From NCBI GenBank assembly GCA_943367535.1, contig CALRJK020000012.1, forward strand, positions 102 to 64,101: a stretch of DNA of 64,000 nt, in the 5' to 3' direction. This DNA is from Synechococcus sp. UW140. Its GTDB lineage: Bacteria > Pseudomonadota > Alphaproteobacteria > Sphingomonadales > Sphingomonadaceae. The translations under genes and the position numbers were made by a program. This document shows positions 1 through 9,015 of this stretch, piece after piece; the first letter of the stretch is position 1, and each line of letters starts with the position of its first letter. The notes beneath the pieces were generated by a model. That model was not told where the DNA came from. It worked only from the letters and a program-made list of their open reading frames with translations, and did not search any database.

Positions 1-419
1 CCGATCCAAATAACACACAACAAACAACACACAACAAAGCGCGCTCGCTGCCGCATGCCAACTCGTCCGTAAGCGGTCTCCTCAAAAACCACCTCAAAAC
101 GGAAGACGACTTCCTCGGCCCTCCATGCGCCACACGCATTCGTGCTGCTGGTGAAGTTGCAGTTCTCCATCTGTCTAAGAACATCCGTTGTCGCCGCTCT
201 CACCGGATGTCGCGTGCTGAGATGTCTTGTGCTTACAGTTCCGCCGGCCAATGGCGCGCCGGGCCACAATGCTCTCGCGTTCAATCCGGGCATCGTCGGA
301 CAGCCATTTGCGGCCTTGAAGGCCGACACTTGCGCCAGGCGATAGAACCCTCCCATAGTGACGTCGCGCTTCTCCTCGCCCGCATAGGTGGTGCAGGATT
401 GCGCAGCAGGGGAGCATCC

Positions 420-857
420 ATGGCAAAGGCATCAACGCGCTATGTGTCGTCGTTCTTCGTCGAGGTGTTTGCCGACTTCATGCGGTTCGCGATCCAACAG
501 AACAATCTGACAGCCGAAGAGGTCGCCATCATTTGCGTGGTCACTGCCGAATCCACTCGTGAATTGCGCCGCGATCCCTTTGTGATGCGAAACTTCGGGG
601 CCGAAGATGACGTCCTACCCGATGCGGCTCGGCCAGTGGTGGGCTTGAAGTTCATCCACACCAGCCTCGGGATGAGCCGTGAGACGACCCGGCGCAAGGT
701 TGCAGGATTGGTCGAGCGCGGCTTCCTCAAACGGCAAGGGCGCGGCGTATATCTTCCCGCACAGGTTGGCGAGGACGATTATACCAAGGAACTCAGAGTG
801 TTCCTGCTGCGCAAGATGGAGGTGCTCAACGCCTACCTGGCCAAGATGCCGGATTGA
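420..857 (+). CDS. putative winged-helix transcriptional regulator (family uncertain)
   Basis: ATG at 420 lies in frame inside ORF 207..857. The C-terminal segment GLKFIHTSLGMSRETTRRKVAGLVERGFLKRQGRGVYL looks like a wHTH DNA-binding domain. The first ~70 codons of the long ORF look non-coding (Arg/Cys/Ser-rich). Confidence 0.5.
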   Translation: MAKASTRYVSSFFVEVFADFMRFAIQQNNLTAEEVAIICVVTAESTRELRRDPFVMRNFGAEDDVLPDAARPVVGLKFIHTSLGMSRETTRRKVAGLVERGFLKRQGRGVYLPAQVGEDDYTKELRVFLLRKMEVLNAYLAKMPD

Positions 858-964
858 GGCCGCCGCGCGGGCGGTTTGCCCAAAATGGGCAAATCACATT
901 GTCCGCCATGATTAATGACCCGATAAACCATCGCCGGATGCTCGGCTCCCCTTCGGGTCGCAAA

Positions 965-1324
965 ATGAAAAAAGAAAAAGGGAAAATCGAGTTGCCACCG
1001 CTGATGAAGATCGGCGATGAAATCGGGAAGGCCCGTAAGCGGCGCCGCATGTCCACGCTCAAGGTGTCCCAGATCACGCGGATACCGGAGCGTTATGTGC
1101 AGTGCATCGAAGCGGGCGATTTCGGCAGCCTGCCGGGCAAGACATTCGTCTTCGGCTTCACGCGGACGATATGCGCTCTGCTGGCGTTGGATGCGGATCC
1201 GTATATCCGGATCATCCGGGCCGAAATGTACGCAAGCTATACCGACGGGCCGAGCATCCACACCGCCCCCCGCAACCCGCTCAGGGCCTTTGCGCGATTG
1301 GGAGCCCGGCGACCCACCGCCTGA
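965..1324 (+). CDS. HTH domain protein (RodZ N-terminal / XRE-like)
   Basis: IGDEIGKARKRRRMSTLKVSQITRIPERYVQCIEAGDFGSLPGKTFVFGFTRTICALLALD fits the RodZ-type HTH pattern. No TM or C-terminal RodZ part is present. The start is ambiguous (854, 908, 965, 1004). Confidence 0.5.
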   Translation: MKKEKGKIELPPLMKIGDEIGKARKRRRMSTLKVSQITRIPERYVQCIEAGDFGSLPGKTFVFGFTRTICALLALDADPYIRIIRAEMYASYTDGPSIHTAPRNPLRAFARLGARRPTA

Positions 1325-1438
1325 ACCTGGCCGAGCCGGGACAATGATTTGTCCCACCCCGTCAAAATTGACGATACGCCCCGCCCCGCCACTCGGCTAT
1401 CTCCTCCTGCTTACACAGCAAAGCCGGGGAGAGGCGCT

Positions 1439-2203
1439 ATGGATCTGGGATTGAAGGGCAAGAAGGTCATCATGAACGGCGGGGCGCATGGGCTCGGCCT
1501 GCAATCGCTGAAGCTGTTTGCGGCAGAGGGCGCTGATGTCGCCTTCTTCAGCCGCAAGGAAGACAAAATCGCCGCCGCAGTCGCCGAGATCGACGCCGCC
1601 GGACCGGGCAAGGTATTTGCCGAGGTGTTCGACATGGCGACCGGCACTGAAGCCTATCAGGCCTGGCTCGAAAAGGCGGCGCAGGAACTCGGCGGCTGCG
1701 ACATCTTCGTTCACACCGCCAGCGCATCGGGCACCGGCGGAGCGGGTGACTGGCAGGCCTGCCTCGACATGGACATCAAGGGCGCGGCCTATGCGGTCGA
1801 GACGCTCACGCCTTACCTCGAAGCATCGGGCACCGGCTCGATCGTGATGCTGTCCAGCACCGCGGCGCTTGAAACCTTCATCGCCCCCAACCCCTTCAAC
1901 GCGCTAAAGGCCGCGCTGATCACCTATGCCTCGCAGCTTTCGCAGGCCTATGCCGCGAAGGGCATCCGGGTAAACACCGTTTCGCCGGGCGCGGTCTATT
2001 ACAAGGGTGGCAACTGGGAAGTGATCGAGGAGCACATGAAGCCCCTCTACGATGCCACCCTCGCCAAGATGCCGATGGGCCGCTTTGGCGAGCCGGTGGA
2101 AGTCGCCAAGGCAATCGTCTTCGTTGCCAGCCCGGCTGTGCCCTACATGACCGGCGCGAACATCGTCGTCGATGGCGGCTTCACGCAGCGCGTGCAGTTC
2201 TAA
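1439..2203 (+). CDS. short-chain dehydrogenase/reductase family protein with atypical active site
   Basis: ATG 1439 is preceded by GGGGAGAGG. Motifs present: glycine-rich loop NGGAHGLG, IRVNTVSPG and C-terminal GANIVVDGGF. At the YxxxK position the sequence reads PFNALKAAL, so Phe replaces the catalytic Tyr. Confidence 0.85.
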   Translation: MDLGLKGKKVIMNGGAHGLGLQSLKLFAAEGADVAFFSRKEDKIAAAVAEIDAAGPGKVFAEVFDMATGTEAYQAWLEKAAQELGGCDIFVHTASASGTGGAGDWQACLDMDIKGAAYAVETLTPYLEASGTGSIVMLSSTAALETFIAPNPFNALKAALITYASQLSQAYAAKGIRVNTVSPGAVYYKGGNWEVIEEHMKPLYDATLAKMPMGRFGEPVEVAKAIVFVASPAVPYMTGANIVVDGGFTQRVQF

Positions 2204-2232
2204 TCCCCGATTACCCTACAAAGGTGACACAA

Positions 2233-3213
2233 ATGGCCCAGATCGCCGAAACAATTGGGCGCGACAAGCTGCTCGACATCTACACCCGCACAATGAAGGT
2301 GAACCGCACCGACGAAAAGTTCCGCGAGCTGCTGATGGGCGGCAAGGTTGCGGTGATGTATTACTGCGTGCGCGGGCAGGAGCTTGTCTCGGCAGCGGCG
2401 ATGGCAGCCTTGGAGAAGGAAGACTACGTCGTTTGCACCTATCGCGGGCAGGGCGAGCAAACCGCCAAGGGCATCCCGATGGAAAAGTGGTGGGGCGAAT
2501 GCCTCGGCAAGGCGACCGGCACCTGCAAGGGCAAGGGCGGCACCATGCACATCACCGATCCCGAAACGGGGATCATGGTGACGACCGGCGTGGTCGGTTC
2601 GGGACTCCCCATCGCCAACGGCCTTGCCATGGCGAGCCAGAACAACGGCGATGGCCGCGTGACACTGGTCAGCTTCGGCGACGGTGCGGCCAATATCGGC
2701 GGCTTCCACGAAGCGATGAACATGGCCCAGCTGTATAAGCTGCCGGTGATCTTCCTGTGCCAGAACAACCGTTATGGCGAGCACACGTCCTACGCCGACC
2801 ACACCGACAGCCCGAACATCGCCAGCCGCGCAGCGGGCTACGGGATGAAGGGCGTGACGGTTGACGGCAATGACGTGAACCAGATCTACCCCGCGATGGT
2901 CGAAGCTGTTGCCCGCGCCCGTGCCGGTGAAGGGCCGACGCTGGTGGAGGCCATGTGCTACCGCATGATGGGCCACTTCTTCGGCGCCGACTTCAGCTAC
3001 ATGCCGCCCGAACACATCGCCGAAATGAAGGCCGAAGACCCGCTGCCCAAGCTGCGCAAGGTGATGCTGGAACACCAGTTCACCGAAGAGGAGCTGGATG
3101 CCATCGTCGCTGACATCAACGCGCAGATCGATGCTGCGGTGGAGCACGCGCTCAATGCGCCGCTGCCCGATACCGATGAAATCTACAAAGACGTGCTCGA
3201 GGAGACCGCCTGA
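2233..3213 (+). CDS. TPP-dependent 2-oxoacid/acetoin dehydrogenase E1 component, alpha subunit
   Basis: TPP-binding motif GDGAANIGGFHEAMNMAQLYKLPVIFLCQNN; AcoA/PdhA-like length. ATG 2233 has AAGGTG about 6 nt upstream; the ORF opens at GTG 2224. Confidence 0.9.
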   Translation: MAQIAETIGRDKLLDIYTRTMKVNRTDEKFRELLMGGKVAVMYYCVRGQELVSAAAMAALEKEDYVVCTYRGQGEQTAKGIPMEKWWGECLGKATGTCKGKGGTMHITDPETGIMVTTGVVGSGLPIANGLAMASQNNGDGRVTLVSFGDGAANIGGFHEAMNMAQLYKLPVIFLCQNNRYGEHTSYADHTDSPNIASRAAGYGMKGVTVDGNDVNQIYPAMVEAVARARAGEGPTLVEAMCYRMMGHFFGADFSYMPPEHIAEMKAEDPLPKLRKVMLEHQFTEEELDAIVADINAQIDAAVEHALNAPLPDTDEIYKDVLEETA

Positions 3214-4199
3214 TGGCCCAGATCACCATGACCCAGGCGCTGAATCTCGCCATTGACGAGGCGATGGCCGACGATGCGGGCGTGTTCTGCCTCGGCGAGG
3301 ATGTTTCCGCCAAGCAGGGCGGCGGGGTGTTCAAGGTCACGTCCGGCCTGACCGAGAAATATGGCGAACACCGCATCCGCGCGACGCCGATCTCGGAAAC
3401 TGCGATCATCGGGGCCGCCGTCGGTGCGGCCTTGGCGGGCCAGCGTCCGATTGCCGAAATCATGCTGATGAACTTCGTCGGCGTGTGCATGGACCAGATC
3501 GTCAACCACGCCGCCAAGCTGCGCTTCATGTCGGGCGGGCAGACCCCGTGCCCGATGGTGATCCGCACCACCACCGGCGTCGGCGTCGGCTTTGGCGGGC
3601 AGCACTCGGACATGCTGGAGGCGTGGTTCGCCCACGTCGCGGGCATTCATGTCGTCACGCCCAGCAACGCCGCCGATGCGCGCGGGCTGATGCGGGCTTC
3701 GATTGACGCCAATGACCCGGTGATCTTCATCGAAAACATCCTGTGCTACGGCCTCAAGTCGGAAGATCCGGGCCCGGGCTACCGCGTGCCCCTCGGCAAG
3801 GCGGCGATTGCGCGTGAGGGCACCGACATCTCGATCATCACCTATGGCCGCACCGTGCTCGATGCACTGGATGTGGCCGAGACTCTCGCCAAGGAAGGCA
3901 TCAGCGTCGAGGTGATCGACTTGCGCACCATCGCTCCGTACGATGAGGCAACCGTGCTGGCGTCGGTGCGCAAGACCGGCCGCGCAATCACGCTGCACGA
4001 AGCGGTCCGGCCCTTCGGCACCGGGGCGGAAATCGCCGCCAATATTCAGGAAAAGTGCTGGGACAGCCTCAAGGGCCCGGTGCGGCGCATCGGCGGGACA
4101 TTCTCCGCGGTGCCTTTCGCCAGCCATCTGGAACAAGCATGGATCCCGCAGAAATCGGACATGATCGCTCAGATCAAAGCATCGGTAGGTAAGGTCTAG
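3213..4199 (+). CDS. 2-oxoacid/acetoin dehydrogenase E1 component, beta subunit
   Basis: Transketolase-like pyrimidine-binding and C-terminal domains (RATPISETAIIGAAVGAALAG, GKAAIAREGTDISIITYG). The start overlaps the alpha-subunit stop (TGATG). Confidence 0.9.
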   Translation: MAQITMTQALNLAIDEAMADDAGVFCLGEDVSAKQGGGVFKVTSGLTEKYGEHRIRATPISETAIIGAAVGAALAGQRPIAEIMLMNFVGVCMDQIVNHAAKLRFMSGGQTPCPMVIRTTTGVGVGFGGQHSDMLEAWFAHVAGIHVVTPSNAADARGLMRASIDANDPVIFIENILCYGLKSEDPGPGYRVPLGKAAIAREGTDISIITYGRTVLDALDVAETLAKEGISVEVIDLRTIAPYDEATVLASVRKTGRAITLHEAVRPFGTGAEIAANIQEKCWDSLKGPVRRIGGTFSAVPFASHLEQAWIPQKSDMIAQIKASVGKV

Positions 4200-4200
4200 A

Positions 4201-4434
4201 ATGGCATCGGAAATCCGCATCCCCAAGCTGGGCATGAGCGCGGTTGAAATGACCCTCGTCGAATGGATGTTCGGCGCAGGCGAACGCGTGGAGAAAGGCG
4301 ACATCATCTACACGGTTGAAACCGACAAGAGCACCACCGAGATCGAAGCCCAGGCCAGCGGGACCATCCATCCCACTGGCGAGGAAGGCGCGGTCTACAA
4401 GGTGGGCGATCTGATCGGGACGATCGAGGAGTGA
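4201..4434 (+). CDS. free-standing lipoyl-domain carrier protein (77 aa)
   Basis: Lipoyl-lysine motif VETDKSTTEIEA within a ~75-aa biotinyl/lipoyl fold. No E2 catalytic (DHRxxDG) domain follows in any frame. Confidence 0.8.
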   Translation: MASEIRIPKLGMSAVEMTLVEWMFGAGERVEKGDIIYTVETDKSTTEIEAQASGTIHPTGEEGAVYKVGDLIGTIEE

Positions 4435-4853
4435 TGCCCTCAAGTAGCGAAGCGGTAGGGCAGCAAGGACTCACTCCGCGCGAAATGCTGGCCAACGTCT
4501 ATGCCACCGCCGGCACCCGCGATTGGGCGGCGGTCGAGGCGCTGATCCATCCCGATTTCGTGCTCTACGAGGCGAACTCGCTGCCCTTTGCAGGCGAATG
4601 GCGCGGCAAGGACGCGCTCCAGCGCTGCGCGGCGGCGATGTATGGCACCTGGGGCAGCACCGATCTCGAAATCCTCGATTGCACCGGGGGGGATACCCAC
4701 GCGGTGATGGTGATCCGCCTCACCATGCACCCCAAGGACGGCTCCGCGCCGTTCACCCAGACCATCTGCGAGGCGGGGACTTTCGAAGACGGCTTGCTGC
4801 GGACATTGCGCATCCACTACTTCGACGCAGCCGAGGTTGCCGCGCGCGCGTGA
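4431..4853 (+). CDS. SnoaL/NTF2-like fold protein
   Basis: 140 aa. Pattern W..VEALIHPDFVLYEANSLPFAGEWRG is typical of SnoaL-like small alpha+beta barrel proteins. The start overlaps the previous stop. Confidence 0.6.
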   Translation: MMPSSSEAVGQQGLTPREMLANVYATAGTRDWAAVEALIHPDFVLYEANSLPFAGEWRGKDALQRCAAAMYGTWGSTDLEILDCTGGDTHAVMVIRLTMHPKDGSAPFTQTICEAGTFEDGLLRTLRIHYFDAAEVAARA

Positions 4854-4966
4854 CCGGCGCGAAGTTGCTTGGTTAACCTTATATAGAACAATGTTAATTA
4901 TCGCGAGAAGCCAAGGGCCATGCAGGCCCGGGCGGCTGCGCGGCTGTCCGGTTTTGCAGGGCCGCG

Positions 4967-5986
4967 ATGTCCCGTCACCAGAGCAGCCCGGCCACCCCAG
5001 CGATGAACCCAGCCAATGCCTCTCCAGCCATCACGGGCCTGATCGGTCACACCGGCTTTGTCGGCGGTGCACTGCTGCGCCAGACCGCGTTCGATGCGTG
5101 CTATAACAGCGCGAACATCGCCGGGATCGAGGGCCGCACCTTCGGCACGCTGGTCTGCGCCGCCGCGCCCGGATCGATGCTGGAGGCCAACCGCGCGCCC
5201 GAACGTGACGCAGCCCAGATCGATGCGCTGATCGCCCGTCTGGACAAGGTCGAGGCCGAGCGATTCGTGCTGGTTTCCTCAATCGCGGTGCTGGCGGATT
5301 TCGCAGGGCGCGATGACGAAAGCACGCAGGCCTTCCAGCAGGAACTCGCCTATGGCCGCCACCGCCGCGCGCTCGAAGCTTTTGTCGAAAGCCGCTTCAA
5401 GGGCCACCTGATCATTCGCCTGCCCGCCTTGTTCGGGGCGGGTCTGCGCAAGAATTTCCTGTTCGATCTGATGAACCCCGTTCCCTCGATGCTGACCGAG
5501 GCCAAGCGCGATGCGCTGGTGCGGGCGCTGGGCGCGGAGCTAGGGGAGTGGCTCGCCGGGCTTTACACCCCTGATGCTGCGACCGGCTTGCTGAAGCTGG
5601 ACCGGCCCGCGCTGGATGCCGATCCGCGCCGCCGCGCGCTCGAAGCGGCGCTGGACGGAATGGATGCGACCGCCACCCAGTTCCACCACCGCGACACGAC
5701 CTACCAGTATTATCCGATAGACCGGCTGTGGCAGGATATCGGCATCGCATCAGGGGCGGGGCTGAGCCATCTCCACCTCGCCCCCGAACCGCTGACGGCC
5801 GCAGCCATTCACGCGGCGCTGACCGGCCGGCCGATGCCCGAAACGCCCGCCCGGCTCCACCGCGAAGATATGCGCACCGCCCATGCTGCGCTGTGGGGCG
5901 CACAGGGCCCATACCAGTTCTCCGCCGCTGGCACGCTCGAACTGTTGGCTGCTTTCTTCGCGCAGCCGAAGGGGCTGGCGGTATGA
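4967..5986 (+). CDS. NAD(P)-binding Rossmann-fold protein (epimerase/dehydratase-like)
   Basis: N-terminal glycine loop LIGHTGFVGG. First gene after an AT-rich spacer at 4860-4905. Alternative start at 5003. Confidence 0.6.
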   Translation: MSRHQSSPATPAMNPANASPAITGLIGHTGFVGGALLRQTAFDACYNSANIAGIEGRTFGTLVCAAAPGSMLEANRAPERDAAQIDALIARLDKVEAERFVLVSSIAVLADFAGRDDESTQAFQQELAYGRHRRALEAFVESRFKGHLIIRLPALFGAGLRKNFLFDLMNPVPSMLTEAKRDALVRALGAELGEWLAGLYTPDAATGLLKLDRPALDADPRRRALEAALDGMDATATQFHHRDTTYQYYPIDRLWQDIGIASGAGLSHLHLAPEPLTAAAIHAALTGRPMPETPARLHREDMRTAHAALWGAQGPYQFSAAGTLELLAAFFAQPKGLAV

Positions 5987-6828
5987 AGTTTGCCATGTCC
6001 AACATCGCCTGGGCGCCCGACGAACGGCTGGAGGCCTATGCGATCCTTGCAGACGCGGGCTTCACCGGGCTGGAAATCGCGCCCGGGCTGTTCTTCCATG
6101 AGGCCGAAGACCCCTTCCTGCCCGACACGGCCGGCGCACGCCGCGCGCGGGTCGAGGCGGCGGATGCCGGGCTGACAGTGGTTTCGATGCAGTCGCTCTT
6201 GTTCGGCGTTTCCGGCGCTGGCCTGTTCGATGGGCCGGAAGCGCGCGCAGCCTTCGAGGCTGGCATGCGCCGCGCCATCGCGCTGGCCGAGCGGTTCGCC
6301 ATTCCCAACCTCGTGTTCGGTTCCCCGCTGCAACGCCGCGTGCCCGAGGGGCTGGCTATGGCCGATGCGCAGAACCAGGCCGCCGAGGTGTTCCGCAAGC
6401 TGGGCGATGCAGCCGGAGCCGCGGGCACCCGCATTGCTATCGAGGCCAATCCGGCAGCCTATGGCACCAACTTCTGCAACACGCTGGACGAGGCGTTGGC
6501 CTTCGTCGATCTGGTCGCCCACCCGGCGATTGTGCCGCACCTTGATCTGGGCGCGATGCACATGAACGGGGATTTCGGCGGCGTTACCGCACGGCTGCCT
6601 GCCCTCGCGCCGCGCCTTGCCCACGTCCATGTCAGCGAGCCCGAGCTTGCCCCGGCGCCCGCCGATCCCGAGGCGCTGGCCCCGGTGCTCGGCAGCCTTG
6701 CCCGCGCCGGTTACGCGCGTGCGGTGTCGATCGAAATGAAGCGCCCACCTGAAGGTCTCGCCGCCGTGCGCCGTGCGGTGGCCGGTCTGGTGGCAGCGCG
6801 TGACGGAATGGAGGCGCTCCATGCGTGA
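5983..6828 (+). CDS. sugar-phosphate isomerase/epimerase (xylose-isomerase-like TIM barrel)
   Basis: MKFAMSNIAWAPDERLEAYAILADAGFTGLEIAP is a typical N-terminus for this family. ATGA start/stop overlap with the upstream gene. Confidence 0.7.
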   Translation: MKFAMSNIAWAPDERLEAYAILADAGFTGLEIAPGLFFHEAEDPFLPDTAGARRARVEAADAGLTVVSMQSLLFGVSGAGLFDGPEARAAFEAGMRRAIALAERFAIPNLVFGSPLQRRVPEGLAMADAQNQAAEVFRKLGDAAGAAGTRIAIEANPAAYGTNFCNTLDEALAFVDLVAHPAIVPHLDLGAMHMNGDFGGVTARLPALAPRLAHVHVSEPELAPAPADPEALAPVLGSLARAGYARAVSIEMKRPPEGLAAVRRAVAGLVAARDGMEALHA

Positions 6829-7858
6829 ACCCCCCGCTGACCAGTTCAGGGACCAGTTCAGGAAGCTGCGCGAGGATGTGGTGGTTTCGGTATGCTTCTC
6901 CGAGCTTGCCGCCACCCCTGCGACCTTCGCCGCCCTGCGCGATATCGCCGCCACGCTCGACCGTGCTTACCGCTTCCGTGAGATCATTCTCGTGGTCGAT
7001 GACACACAGCGCGAGGCCTTCCTGCCGGTGGTGCGTGAAGTGCCCAACACCCGCCTGTTCGTCGTCCGGCGCGGGACGGAGTATTATGATCGCCGCGTGA
7101 TCGCCGCCGAGGAGTCCATCGGCGATCTGGTGGTGCTGGGCCATCTGGAGGAGGTCGCCGCGCTCGATCTCCTGGCGTTCCTTGATTACGCCGAGGCCGA
7201 AAACGCGGTGACGATGGCCTTTCGTCCGGCCCGTCGCCCGTTCAAGCGGCTGGCGGCATGGCCCTTCATCGCGCTGGGCAAGCTTGCCGGGTTCAATGTC
7301 GATCCTGCGGAATTCCAGTCGATTGCGGTGCCGCGCACGCTGCTCAACCTGCTGCTCGCGCATGACGAGCCGCGCCTTGCGCTGCGTTTCCCCCCACGCG
7401 ATCCGCGTCTGCCGCGCGAATGGTTCCGCACCGGGGTGAATGTCGCCAGCCGCACCGCCTTCACCGGCGTGGGGCGCAGGCTTGCGCTGCTCCAGACCCT
7501 GCTCGTTTACCTCACGCCCACGATCCTGTCGGTGGTGGCGATTTCCTCGTGCCTGCTGACGCTTGTGGGGCTGGCCTATGCCGCGTGGATCGTGGGCGCG
7601 GTGGTGCTGGTGGAGAGCCTTGCCCCCGGCTGGCTGACGACCAACGCGATGCTGGCGGTGAGCGCCACCTTCATGGGCTTTTCGATGCTGGGGCTGAGCC
7701 TTGGGCTGCAACATCTGCTGAAGCAGCAGCGGCGGCTGAAGTGTGATCTGGTGCCTGAGGAAGTGAACCGGATCGACCTGTTCCAGCAGGTCGCCTTCGA
7801 TCTCAACGTGGTGCTGGAGAGCGACACGCCCTCCGCGACGACGCCCCCGGAGGCCTGA
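6821..7858 (+). CDS. GtrB-like family-2 glycosyltransferase homologue with degenerate catalytic motifs, C-terminal TM helices
   Basis: The layout follows bactoprenol-glycosyltransferase GtrB: VSVCFSE / ILVVDD / IGDLVVLGHLEE and a C-terminal PGW...TM segment. The usual YNE and DxD (DADLQ) positions read FSE and GHLEE. The start overlaps the upstream stop. Confidence 0.6.
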   Translation: MREPPADQFRDQFRKLREDVVVSVCFSELAATPATFAALRDIAATLDRAYRFREIILVVDDTQREAFLPVVREVPNTRLFVVRRGTEYYDRRVIAAEESIGDLVVLGHLEEVAALDLLAFLDYAEAENAVTMAFRPARRPFKRLAAWPFIALGKLAGFNVDPAEFQSIAVPRTLLNLLLAHDEPRLALRFPPRDPRLPREWFRTGVNVASRTAFTGVGRRLALLQTLLVYLTPTILSVVAISSCLLTLVGLAYAAWIVGAVVLVESLAPGWLTTNAMLAVSATFMGFSMLGLSLGLQHLLKQQRRLKCDLVPEEVNRIDLFQQVAFDLNVVLESDTPSATTPPEA

Positions 7859-9015
7859 TGCCCACAGGCGAGCGCACCCAATATGATTACATCGTGATCG
7901 GCGGCGGCTTTTACGGCTGCTGCCTCGCGTTGTACCTGCGCTCGATCTCGCAGCGCGTGCTGCTGGTGGAGGCGGGCGAGCGGCTGATGGACCGCGCCTC
8001 GCGGGTCAACCAGGCGCGGGTGCATACCGGCTTCCACTACCCGCGCAGCGCGGCGACAGCGGTGAAATCGATGCTGCTCCACCGCCGCTTCCTCAGCGAC
8101 TTCCCCGAGGCTGTGGTCGGTGACTTCCAGATGCTCTATGCCATCGCGCGGCGGCGTTCGAAGGTCACGGCCAAGAAATTCCACCGGATGTTCCGCGATA
8201 TGGGCGCGCCCATCGACATCGCCGGGCCGGCCCACCGCGCGCTGTTCAACCCCGATATGGTCGAAGAGGTCTTCGCCTGTCACGAGGTCGCCTTCGATCA
8301 CAAAATCCTGGGCAAGCTGGTGGGCGAAAGACTGACGGCGGCAGGCATCGAGGTGCGGCTGGCCACGCAGGTCACCGGGCTGGAGGACCACGCGAGCGGC
8401 GTGGTCGCCCGCCTGTCCGACGGCAGCGAGGTGTCCGCGCGCTACGCCTTCAACATCACCTATTCGCAGATCAACGCGGTGCTGGCCAAAGCGGGCCTGC
8501 CGCCTGCACGCCTCAAACACGAAATCGCCGAACTCGCCCTGATCGAGCCCCCGCGCGAGCTGGAGCGGGTGGGTGTCACGGTGATGGACGGGCCGTTCTT
8601 TTCGGCCATGCCCTATCCGGCGGAGGGGCTCTATTCCTTCACCCACGTGCGCTACACCCCGCATGACAGCTGGGCCGACAATGCGCAGGCGCGCGATCCT
8701 TACGCGCACTTTGCCGCGCTGGAGCCTGAAAGCCGCTATGCCTTCATGCAGCGCGATGCGCAGTTCTATCTGCCGTGCCTTGCAGGTGCCACCTATCGCC
8801 GGTCGATCTACGAGGTGAAGACCGTTCTCATCAAGAACGAGGGCGATGATGGCCGCCCGATCCTCTATCACCGCAGCCCCGAGGCGAGCCGCGTGATCTC
8901 GGTGCTGGGCGGCAAGATCGACAATATCTACGACCTGTTCGAGGCGGTAAAGGACGGCGGCGGGGAATTTGCCGCGCTGGATCCGGTCCATGTGTTCGGG
9001 CGGGTCCATGCCTGA
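7858..9015 (+). CDS. FAD-dependent oxidoreductase (GxGxxG Rossmann type)
   Basis: N-terminal dinucleotide fold YDYIVIGGGFYGCCLALYL...LLVEAG. The start shares a base with the upstream stop. Confidence 0.8.
   Translation: MPTGERTQYDYIVIGGGFYGCCLALYLRSISQRVLLVEAGERLMDRASRVNQARVHTGFHYPRSAATAVKSMLLHRRFLSDFPEAVVGDFQMLYAIARRRSKVTAKKFHRMFRDMGAPIDIAGPAHRALFNPDMVEEVFACHEVAFDHKILGKLVGERLTAAGIEVRLATQVTGLEDHASGVVARLSDGSEVSARYAFNITYSQINAVLAKAGLPPARLKHEIAELALIEPPRELERVGVTVMDGPFFSAMPYPAEGLYSFTHVRYTPHDSWADNAQARDPYAHFAALEPESRYAFMQRDAQFYLPCLAGATYRRSIYEVKTVLIKNEGDDGRPILYHRSPEASRVISVLGGKIDNIYDLFEAVKDGGGEFAALDPVHVFGRVHA

Noticed and set aside
175-857. The long form of ORF 207..857, minus-strand ORF 175..435, and an open minus-strand frame running off the left edge.
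   Set aside because: None of these translations has a recognisable fold or motif. Only the part from ATG 420 onward looks protein-like. They are left unannotated rather than invented.
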